This document shows, piece by piece, positions 34,353 through 43,500 of a DNA stretch of 64,000 bases (the stretch's first letter is position 1; each line of letters starts with the position of its first letter). Made by a program: the position numbers and the translations under genes. This DNA is from a virus, in the IMG/VR virus record IMGVR_UViG_3300048837_000984, positions 96,001 through 160,000 of that record; one strand, given 5' to 3'. Below the pieces are notes generated by a model. The model did no database searches. It was not told where the DNA came from and saw only the letters and a list, made by a program, of their open reading frames with translations.

Positions 34353-35255
34353 TCAAATAAGCTCTTTTCGACAATCGACACAAACCCCTTCCATCGTCTC
34401 TGGATCGGACCAGCTCTGCTTCTTGCATCGACTACAGATAACCTGAACGAAGTTCCGAGCGTGACAAGCGGCACTGCACTGCTCCCAACCCACCGGACAG
34501 TGGTGGCACATGATCTGCAGGTTGTAGGGGCAAGTAAACCCTACACGCTGTCTACGCTTCTGGATCGTCTGGTTCCACTTCACGAAAGCTGGCGGACAGC
34601 GAATGTCCCTGGCATCGAACGTCGGTTGGTCTCGAAACGTTTCCTTCAGGACTTTCGCTACAAACCTGAACCGGCCGATTTCCCGTATATCGTGAAGCGG
34701 CAGGTTCAGTTTGCCGTTAGCGCCTCCGTAGCTGTACCGGTTAGCGTCAAACGCGCTAAACCCGAGAGTCCGCCGATAGTGTCTGACCATGACGTCTGAC
34801 CAGAACCGTTCAACGAGCTTGCCGGCTGGAAAACCGGCCAAGAAGCGGAACACGATAATGGCACCGCTTCTTGTCTTGATGCCCGGTTTCTTTGACTTGA
34901 GTGTCTTTGGCCAGACAGACTCAACTCGGATAGGCGCCCACTCCTCTTCCAGCTGTCTGGTCCAGACCGGAACAGGGATACCTTTCTTCAGTCTGGGGAG
35001 GTTGCCGGCAAGACGCCAGGCAAGGTCCTCAGCCAGCTTTTCCGATAGCTCGACACCGAGGATGTTCTTGATTGAGTCCGAGATAGCGGACTCTGGGACT
35101 TCCTTAGGAAGGACTTCCTTGATTCTGGAAACCAGTTCAAGGAAGTCCTGCCCGGAAAACTTGTTGCCTATGTCTCCAAGCATCACCTCGTCTGTGAGCT
35201 TCTGCCGGAGTGTGATGATCTTGGCTAGATTGAATGTGGGTAGCTTTTTAGCCAT
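34353..35255 (-). CDS. Hypothetical protein with C-terminal Cys clusters
   Basis: CHHC, CSAACH, CSRC, CVDC. Confidence 0.75.
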   Translation of the reverse strand: MAKKLPTFNLAKIITLRQKLTDEVMLGDIGNKFSGQDFLELVSRIKEVLPKEVPESAISDSIKNILGVELSEKLAEDLAWRLAGNLPRLKKGIPVPVWTRQLEEEWAPIRVESVWPKTLKSKKPGIKTRSGAIIVFRFLAGFPAGKLVERFWSDVMVRHYRRTLGFSAFDANRYSYGGANGKLNLPLHDIREIGRFRFVAKVLKETFRDQPTFDARDIRCPPAFVKWNQTIQKRRQRVGFTCPYNLQIMCHHCPVGWEQCSAACHARNFVQVICSRCKKQSWSDPETMEGVCVDCRKELI

Positions 35256-35256
35256 C

Positions 35257-36023
35257 TCAGACCAGCTGAGCTTCAGCTTCCTTTTTCTTTGCCACGATCT
35301 TTTTGGCTTCGTGCAGGTCGTTGAGGAGAGCAGTCAGGCTCGCGATAGCTGCCTGAGCCCGCTCGATATCGTCCTCTAGCCGATGTTCGACTTGCTCGTC
35401 GACTTTATCTGCCGGCAGGTCATAAGCATCGGACAAGATCCCATGACCTTCAGCAGCCCAGATCGCGTCGTTGTTTCTTAGTAGAACTGTCAGGACTTTT
35501 GACAAGTTGTCGAGTTTCCCTGTCAGCGAGCAAGGAACTTTGACCGGTCGGCCAGTCTTGCCGCTCGCTCCCTTGGGATATCGTTCTCGGATCAGTTCGC
35601 CCAGGGCAGCTGGAGTTAAATCTTCATCGACAATTCGGTCGATCAGCATCTCTCGGTCGTCAGCCGGGACTTCTAGCAGGTAAAGGACGTGGTTCCAGAT
35701 AATCGGCTTCTTAGTCTTCGACAGCCGCGATTCCGTCAGAACTCCCAGCATCTCCTCACTGAACTCATTGTGAAAACGCAGGATCTTTCGAGCGTAGTCC
35801 TTCGTGTAACCGACCACGGCGTTGATCTTGCCGACCGGGTCATCGCCGTACTTGCCCGTAGTATCTGCGTAGACCTGGTTGATCTCCTTCCCGATAAGCC
35901 ACTTGCGTTTCAGCGTTGACGATGCGTCCATGGCCAGCTGCACACGGATCCTCTTGACAGCTTCCTGCAGCGCAGGCGGCATCTTGTCCACGACCTTCGC
36001 GATCTCTACTGGTGACGGTTCCA
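35257..36023 (-). CDS. Hypothetical helical, possibly DNA-binding protein (start at GTG after AGGAG)
   Basis: LKRKWLIGKEI..YG..YARKILRF pattern; C-terminal coiled coil. Confidence 0.65.
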
Positions 36024-36034
36024 CGGCAATTCTC

Positions 36035-37117
36035 CTAGTAACGTCCGGCCAGGATGCGGTATGCAGCCTGTTCGACGCGTTCCCGTTGCGGAATGGAAAG
36101 TTGTTTGGCTTGGTTACCGAGACTGTTATACAGGTCGACCAGAGACCGGTCTTCCCAAGCAGCTGGTGGCACTGCTTCAAGTCCAGCATAGACAGCCTTA
36201 TTGTCACTCCCGCACAGAACGCAGGAATGAACGGCCTTCTGGGCTACCGTATGACCGACGCCCAGCTTCTTTAAGCGCAGACTGACCTTTTCCATCTTCT
36301 CGGCCTGCCTTGAGAACGACTCGGCTGGAGCGAAGATACGACTGTCTTCCATGGCTTGGAAAAAGTCCTCATACGATCCAGAGTTTGTCGAGTCGTCAAT
36401 CTTTTGAAGGAGCCTCTGTAGCTTGGCTTCGAAGGAGTTACCCCGATGCGGGACTTTATTTTTAAGTCCCATCGGCTGGATTGCTGCCGTCCACGTTTTG
36501 TCGCGAAAAATGGCGCCGGCAGCACGTATGCTGCTAGCGCCAGCTTCGTTGTTTGAAAAGTGGTAACCGGCGTAGTAGAGGTCGTTACCGAAAGAAAAAC
36601 TGGGGTGTTGTCTCCTGTACCGAAGCATCAACCAGCGACCGACGATCACGGCACCCAAGAATATTACGCCATGGTGTTGTACGGCAAAAGATATCCTTTT
36701 GTGCAGCTCCTCGCTCGGCAGCCACCGATAACCAGAACCTACTATACCGTCAACTACCCCAGTCGATTCGTCAATAATTAGCTTCTTCCCGTAAAGCCTG
36801 TCGAACCTTGCCCTTAGGATATTTCTCAGCGAAGAAACAGCGATTGACAGACTTTGAGAAGATTCGTCAGTCAGCAAGTCGTTGACGACCCTGTGTAAAC
36901 CTGAACAGGTTCCCTGACAGAGCTGGTAGAGAGCCCAGTCAGAGAACCTGTACCCATCAGCCTCTGTTCTGCCTGTGTCGTCGATCAGAACTTCCCTTAC
37001 ATCCCCTATCGCAACCAGATTCGAGTTCTTGTGGATCCTCTCGAGTTCTTTCTGGAAGGCGTCGAGGCCGGAAGAGTTGAACTTGTGGACCTTAGGCGTA
37101 ACAGATAGCGATCTCAT
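36035..37117 (-). CDS. DUF932-like phage protein
   Basis: GIVGSGYRWLP..., AGYHFSNNEAGASSIRA; ATGA coupling. Confidence 0.5.
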   Translation of the reverse strand: MRSLSVTPKVHKFNSSGLDAFQKELERIHKNSNLVAIGDVREVLIDDTGRTEADGYRFSDWALYQLCQGTCSGLHRVVNDLLTDESSQSLSIAVSSLRNILRARFDRLYGKKLIIDESTGVVDGIVGSGYRWLPSEELHKRISFAVQHHGVIFLGAVIVGRWLMLRYRRQHPSFSFGNDLYYAGYHFSNNEAGASSIRAAGAIFRDKTWTAAIQPMGLKNKVPHRGNSFEAKLQRLLQKIDDSTNSGSYEDFFQAMEDSRIFAPAESFSRQAEKMEKVSLRLKKLGVGHTVAQKAVHSCVLCGSDNKAVYAGLEAVPPAAWEDRSLVDLYNSLGNQAKQLSIPQRERVEQAAYRILAGRY

Positions 37118-37671
37118 GGCGACCACCCCAGCCGGTCAAGGAAGTAACTGAACGGCTGGATACCGAGACGTCGCCCTTCTTCATTCGCGACAGAAATGGC
37201 GGCATCTCGAGCAGAGGCGTCGTCGTGGACGATCCACAACGAGCCCTTGGCTCCGGAGTTAAGCCACTCGAACACAACCCCAACAGGTTGGTCCTCTTCG
37301 GTCCAGCTACCGGGAACTAGATCTTGAAACCGATTGTACGCCCTGAACAAAGCCAGGGACGCGTGGCGTTTGGGGTTGGCTAGCTTGTCAATGGTCATAT
37401 CGTGCGCGAAAGGGACGGGCCTTATCACCAGCCAAACAGGGAAACTGTTGTACCGATCGTGAAAGGCATGAAATGTCAGCCTGTGTCGCCCGGTTGTTTC
37501 AGCGACGCCGCGAACAAGGCTGGTTTGAATGTCCTTCAAACCGTAATGCTTCAACAGGAAGGCAACTCCTCTCTTCTCGAAACGAGCAAACGCCGGTTCG
37601 CGCCTGTTAGCGAATCCTTCGCTCCGGGTATAGGCATCCACAGCATCGTCAAGAGGAAACTCACTGCTCAT
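37114..37671 (-). CDS. Hypothetical protein (start at MSSEF)
   Basis: Coupled to the recA-like gene stop. Confidence 0.65.
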   Translation of the reverse strand: MSSEFPLDDAVDAYTRSEGFANRREPAFARFEKRGVAFLLKHYGLKDIQTSLVRGVAETTGRHRLTFHAFHDRYNSFPVWLVIRPVPFAHDMTIDKLANPKRHASLALFRAYNRFQDLVPGSWTEEDQPVGVVFEWLNSGAKGSLWIVHDDASARDAAISVANEEGRRLGIQPFSYFLDRLGWSP

Positions 37672-39010
37672 CTGGGACTCCAGCAGTGCTCTTGTGACTG
37701 GCCTCGGCGATTCTCGCCAGCAAGGCACGGTAATCGAACCCAGGGCGATACATGAAACGTCTACGGATGCCCAGCACAGGATACAGGGCATCTCTCAGTG
37801 AAGGGTTCTTCTGAAGCTCTTGCTCCAGGAGGGCACCCATCTCCCTGGCCGAGATCTTTTCCTTTTCGGAAATGCCCAGGGTCTTACTCCAGCAATACCT
37901 CCGGTCAACTTTCTCGATGTGAAGGACGTCAGCCAGCAGACGGGACTGAGTTGTTTTCTCCTTCAGCAGTGAAACGACAATATCGACAGAAGCCGAGTCC
38001 CAGTCGAAGAACGTTCGCTGGGGGTAGATCATGACTGTCTTCTCTTCTCCACTCTCGTCGTCAAAGACGGTCTTTTCGACCTGCTCGGAGAAGTCCGTGT
38101 ACCAGAGCATCTCCACGTCTACAAAGGAGTGCGGTGCCGCTGAGTTCTTCATGATGCAGATACGCAACTCAATGCCGTCAACAACATTACCGTCTTCAAC
38201 CCGCTTCAGTTGCGAAGACTTGGTTGTCGGATTGACGGAAGAGACGCGGCGCATCTCTATCTCAGTCGTCTCGTGAAACTTGAGGCTGTACCCACCCGCA
38301 ATGTTTCGGACGTTGGTGCCCTGCTGGGTCTTGCCGATCTTTAAATGGTTGGTGCCGATGACTGAGAACGGGTACTCGTCGATCTCCTTGGTCAGAACTC
38401 GAACGTAATCGTTTAGCATGCCCGCGGTTACAGCGTAGTGCCGCTCAGGAATGCCTTCGGCAACCAGGCGGTCATATTCCTTCTCATCGATAGCTGCCAT
38501 GAGGCTGTCGATCGTAAAGCACACCGGTGCGATGCGACCGAACCCCTTCTCTTTTCCAGACCCATCCATCAACGTCTTGAACGTCTGGATCCAGTTGTTG
38601 AGCGCAGAGTTCCAACCATCCATGGTCTTGCACTTCTGGTAGTTGGCTGCCTTGTAATCGTAGTTCAGGATAGACCAGAACAGCTCTGGCGCTGGTTTGA
38701 ACTCAGTATCCAATAGGATGCCCTTGCCCTTACAAAGGCGGTGCCAGCGAAGGATCTCATAAGAGAAAGCTGACTTGCAGCTCTCTTGCTCCCCGACGAG
38801 CATGGTGAACCTACCCAAGGGCCACCCCTCCTGCTGGAGTAGGTACCGCACAGCCAGAGACGGAACTGGCAGGCAGATTAGTAGCTGTTCAGCTTCAGAC
38901 CCCGCAAAGATCTGGCCACTGTACCGTTTCTTGTTCTGCGACGTTGCTGAATCGAACATCTCGTCGATCGAGCTGGTGTCGAGCGTAGCTTGTTGCTTCT
39001 TTCTAGCCAT
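37661..39010 (-). CDS. recA: RecA/UvsX-like recombinase
   Basis: GWPLGRFTMLVGEQESCKS (Walker A variant), FTIDSLMA, IGTNH, AGGYSLKFH. Start at MARKK. Confidence 0.88.
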   Translation of the reverse strand: MARKKQQATLDTSSIDEMFDSATSQNKKRYSGQIFAGSEAEQLLICLPVPSLAVRYLLQQEGWPLGRFTMLVGEQESCKSAFSYEILRWHRLCKGKGILLDTEFKPAPELFWSILNYDYKAANYQKCKTMDGWNSALNNWIQTFKTLMDGSGKEKGFGRIAPVCFTIDSLMAAIDEKEYDRLVAEGIPERHYAVTAGMLNDYVRVLTKEIDEYPFSVIGTNHLKIGKTQQGTNVRNIAGGYSLKFHETTEIEMRRVSSVNPTTKSSQLKRVEDGNVVDGIELRICIMKNSAAPHSFVDVEMLWYTDFSEQVEKTVFDDESGEEKTVMIYPQRTFFDWDSASVDIVVSLLKEKTTQSRLLADVLHIEKVDRRYCWSKTLGISEKEKISAREMGALLEQELQKNPSLRDALYPVLGIRRRFMYRPGFDYRALLARIAEASHKSTAGVPDEQ

Positions 39011-39046
39011 AACAAAAACAAACCAGCCGGCCTTTCGACCGGCTGG
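39011..39046 (-). terminator. Terminator-like hairpin upstream of the recA-like gene
   Basis: CCAGCCGG-N8-CCGGCTGG followed by TTTGTTTTTGTT. Confidence 0.55.
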
Positions 39047-39058
39047 CCTCACCTATGG

Positions 39059-40489
39059 TTACTTCTTTTTCTTCAAGAGCGCCGCAACATCATAAGCGGG
39101 GACCGGTTCCTCGCTCGCCTTGTCGAACATCTTCTCGAGGTTCTCGTCAGAGACGATCTCGTCGTCGCCGATGTCGACGTCCGGTACGACACTGTCACTG
39201 GTGCTTGAAGACATCGCTTGCCACAGCTGCGACATGTCACCCGTCTGCGAAGGGACAACGGGCGTGTTCAGCGTCGGCGTGGACTGCACTGGCTTCTGTG
39301 CCGGCTTCTGCACTGAGGCAGCCGGAACACCACCGAACGGGTTCATGCCCGACGGGGGCTGGACCACCTGGCCAAAGGCCGTCTGGTTACCGCCTTGCTG
39401 CTGTCCTGGGACCGTCCCAGGTACCGGAGCAGAGACAGCTTCCACCGACTTCTTCCGCACGTCCTCCGAGATCCAGTTTGGATAGTCGTGAAAGGCGTAC
39501 ACGATCGCAGAGGCAGGGAAGGCCTGCCCCAGGATGTGCGCCTGTTCCTCGTAGGTTGGGAAGAACAGAACATCTTCCCAGTCCCGCCACTTGTCCGCAA
39601 CGGTGGCCATCATGTCGGCCGAGATCACCGGACTAGCCCCAGAAGCGTTATCCGAGATGTAGATCCCGAAACCGTTTTCCGAGCTGCCACGGGTCTGGTT
39701 GGCATTCGGTGCAGCGCCGAAAGAACCACCCACAGGTGCCGCTGCATACTTCTGCCGCGGGTCATAACCTTTCTGGAAGAAGTGGATGAACCTGCCTCCA
39801 GTCAGGGACACCGGATCTCCGTAGACGTAGCGCTTCTCGAAGTCCGGATCCTCACCGTCCCAGTCGGCCCGTTCCTCGTTAAGCATCGCCACCAGGTCTT
39901 GGCCGACGGCAGAGCTCAGCGCGAGAATACAGGGTTTGTTGTTACCCAGGCCGATCGGGTCGAAACCGTTACCAGCGGTCGGCTTGCTGTTATGCACACC
40001 CAGGCAACCCTGGATGAGGAAACACTCAGAGGGACGCTTGAGTGACTGCCCCTTGGCGGTGTTCTTGCTGGTGATCAGATACCACTCAGGTTTGGCCGTC
40101 ATCGCCTTGCACGCCGCATTGATTGCGTTGTACAGGATCCCGAGTGGAGTCGAATTTCGGTCGTAAGAGTAATCCGTCGCCTCAGCCGGAGCCAGCAGGA
40201 ACGTGACCGCGGGGTCACCGACCTGCCATGCGCAGTCGTAACGCCGAATCCAGTTGCCGAAGCAGTCGTCTTCAGCCCACCGGTAAGGATAGACCTGGCT
40301 GCGGTTCTCGTAGTCGAGAGACGGATACGGACGAAAGATAGTTTCCGTCCCGTTCCAGGACGGTTTCTTGACAATGACACCAGACCCGCTCTTCACGATG
40401 CGCAGCCGGGTGTCGTCGAAACGAGTGGACTGACCGTGCTTGTTGAAGTCGTAAGCCGGTCGATTCGTTGGTCGATTTCTAGAAGACAT
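39059..40489 (-). CDS. Putative single-stranded DNA-binding protein
   Basis: Lies between polymerase and recombinase; IFRPYP strand; long flexible tail with an acidic patch. Confidence 0.4.
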   Translation of the reverse strand: MSSRNRPTNRPAYDFNKHGQSTRFDDTRLRIVKSGSGVIVKKPSWNGTETIFRPYPSLDYENRSQVYPYRWAEDDCFGNWIRRYDCAWQVGDPAVTFLLAPAEATDYSYDRNSTPLGILYNAINAACKAMTAKPEWYLITSKNTAKGQSLKRPSECFLIQGCLGVHNSKPTAGNGFDPIGLGNNKPCILALSSAVGQDLVAMLNEERADWDGEDPDFEKRYVYGDPVSLTGGRFIHFFQKGYDPRQKYAAAPVGGSFGAAPNANQTRGSSENGFGIYISDNASGASPVISADMMATVADKWRDWEDVLFFPTYEEQAHILGQAFPASAIVYAFHDYPNWISEDVRKKSVEAVSAPVPGTVPGQQQGGNQTAFGQVVQPPSGMNPFGGVPAASVQKPAQKPVQSTPTLNTPVVPSQTGDMSQLWQAMSSSTSDSVVPDVDIGDDEIVSDENLEKMFDKASEEPVPAYDVAALLKKKK

Positions 40490-40575
40490 TGTTAAACCTT
40501 AGATCGAAGTTTCGTTAGAAAAAGCGCCTATAGATATTTAGCTAAAGACCGACTGTGTTTGTGCCAGCCACCTCC

Positions 40576-43500
40576 TTACTTCAGGTATTTCTCGGGGATA
40601 CCGAGTTTCAGTCCTTCCTGCTTGTCGATAGGAACACCCCAGTTCAAGTACAGGCCGTGTTCGACCGGCATATAGATTGGGTCTCGGCCTGGAGTTCGCC
40701 TCCCAGACAGGTCGCACTGGTACATAGGAATCCCAGACATGACGCGATGAAGGAAACCCGGATTGCCTGGGTCGCCTAGAAACCATTCCAGGCAGTCGGG
40801 TCGGACCTCGAACATGATGGCATCATGAATCTGAAGAATCAACCGATACTTCAGTCCACTAGCGTCACGGCGATCTGGTGCCCAGTAGAACTTATCCAGT
40901 GCCCGACTTACAAGGTCAGCAACGGCAGATTGGATGGGAAAGTTTCCGGCCTGCCGCTGCATTTCAGCCACAACCTTTTGGTCGGTAGACGGTTGGAAGC
41001 GTCGAGAGCGTCCGTAACAGTTGCGGAGCCAGCCCGGGTCGACGACCCGCTGCTGACAATTCCCGAAGAAGGTTTCCAGCTCAGGATACAGGTGAAAGAT
41101 CGTAGACCGGATGTTACCTACCTGCTCTGGCGTAGCTGTAATGCCCTCTTCCTCGATGGCACGCATGACAGCCTCGTCACCCCTGCCATAAGCAAGGCCG
41201 AACATTAACGTATTGTGGTTTGAAAGACCGTTGACCACCAGATGGTGGTTTCCACTTTCGACATCGTAGACTTCGTGATCGCCGACATCCTCTACAGAGG
41301 AAACACGAACGAAACGGCCACGCAGGGCAAGAAGGTTCCGTAAATGCTCTGCTGAGGCTACAACCGTCGTCGGTAAGTCAGCCGGCAGCGCAGCAACGAT
41401 CTCTGCCAGACGGCTCCGGTTGAGCCGGACACGGCTGTTAGTCCGTAAGCACTCGCGACACTTTTCCCGAGCCCGACCCTGGAGGTACGGAAACACGGTC
41501 TTTAAGTGATCGAGCTGGTTCGGATACACACTGACATCGGCGCTATACCCCGTGGCAGTCGCACACCTATCTCGCTTACTGGCCGTCACGAAGCCTACGT
41601 CGCTGAGGAATCGAGCTTGAGACCTCCTCGACACAGTAACAGTCCAGTAAACGCCGTCGCAGTCCTTTCTCCTTTCAGATCGAAGACGAGAAGCTATGCC
41701 GAGACCATCAAGAAGAATCTGCACGTCACGAGCCAGGGCAGAACTGCTGCTTGAATACTGGATGAGGAAACCGTTCCCATTGCGTTTGGCGGTGCCGTCA
41801 CCCTCGAACAACCACCGCAAAAAGGTTCGGACCAGCCTGTTTGGCCACTGAAACACGAAATCAGGAACGATTCGGTCCGCAGACAGTCCCGGACAGATTA
41901 TCCTCAGCCAGTCACACAGCTGGTTTGAAGCTACCAAGAAAGATCGTTGCCGCTGGCAACCCGGCAGAAACCTGGTTGCTACCTTCAGCCGGTGACCGAA
42001 TAGTCGGCGCAGCAGAGCCTCACTTGCCTCAGCAAACGACGGGTCTTTCTCTTCAGCGAGGCTGACAGAAAACGTACTGCTGGTTTTGCCTTTCAGTAAG
42101 CAACCCTCCGAAACATGAAGACCCAGAAAAGCCGCCCAGTCTTCCGTGAAGTGCTCCGGCACCTCGATCGGGCTCAAGTTCGATCGGTAACTGTCCGCCG
42201 CGGGCCAAAGCTTGAACGGCGGGTCCTCGTTGTCGCGACCAGAGTCAACGTCAACTGCGTAACCGTCGTAAACGATAGCCCAGTCGCCGACACGAATGTC
42301 TGCCGACCTAACCCAGACTAATCTACCCTTGTCGTCGACAGAACGGAACCGGTGCTCCACTGTACCAGTCACACTATGGCCGTCAGCCGTCGTCACGCGA
42401 ATACACGGCGAGGCTGGACCCCGGTACAAACCTTTCAACGGAGTCGGTCCCTCGTCGGTCACGAGGGTTAGATCGCCGTCGAACCGTTCTTGAGTGTCTG
42501 CGTCTAGGTGACCACACAGCTCCTCTACCCGAACCCAGCCACGTGACGTCAAAAGACGCGAACCAGCCACAACGCACTTGGCGACATCGCGGAGTTTAGC
42601 CTTTCCAGCCGCCTTCAGCCAGAACTTGAGTGGCGGCAGAGGATCGCCCACGGACAGGCCTAGATCTTTCGGATCCTTACCGAGGACCTTGGCGCCCTCA
42701 GCCAACACTTTCTCGTTCTCGATGGTCAGTCGGAAGGCCTGTACCGTTACCGTACTGTGAATGTCGTACTTGCGTGGATCTTTGTCGTCCAGCTCAGCAC
42801 GCATACAGTGGTCGACCATCGCGGCGGAACCAGACTGCAACGCCATGACCGCCAGCTCAGCGCCGATGTAGTCAGCTTCCACTCCGACCCACCCAGGTGA
42901 AGCACAGAGCATCGACCGAAGAGGGTACTGGTAGTCGTCACCGAGGATCTTCTTGTAGTCGGCTTCACGGCGTTTGCTGTTGCCGGTAACGGAAATCTTT
43001 CCGTTTCGACGAAAGATAACGAACTCTGACGGTACGGTTACACAGTAGACCAGATCGTCCCAGGGGACCTCCTTTTTGGTTAGACTTTTCGTTTGGGAGT
43101 AATCGCGGCGTCGGTGTAGCGAAGGAATATCAACGCAGTAGTGCGTACTGGATTTGGGGTTTCTATTCCAGTACTCGCGCATCCTTGCCCGCCAGCCGGA
43201 TAGACACCAGAGAATCTGGATCCAGTCAGCGTTTTCCTTGTCGCTGGAACTGTACTCAGTCTTCCTTGTCCACAGGCCGTCCCAGAAAAGAACTTCCTCT
43301 GCGATAAGATCCAGAGTAGCTCGATCGAAGTCCAATAGCCAAGGACCGAACTTCTTGTCCGGCATACGTTTCTTGGCCCAGACAGCCCACGGGTCGTTAG
43401 CTCCGACGTAAACGCTAGTGACGCCCGTCCCCCTCTCCGATGTGCGAAATTTCGCCCCAAGACGACCCAGGACGCCAGTCAGGGACTCGATTTTCCTCTC

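Noticed and set aside
21957-34799. Long + strand ORFs (e.g. 21957..22571, 28118..28996, 33501..34799)
   Set aside because: They are antisense shadows of GC-rich minus-strand genes, with no motifs or SD support.
37661-39010. Walker A variant GEQESCKS as an inactive recombinase
   Set aside because: Phage UvsX proteins tolerate substitution at this Gly (T4 has GPSKSFKS), so it is not unusual enough.
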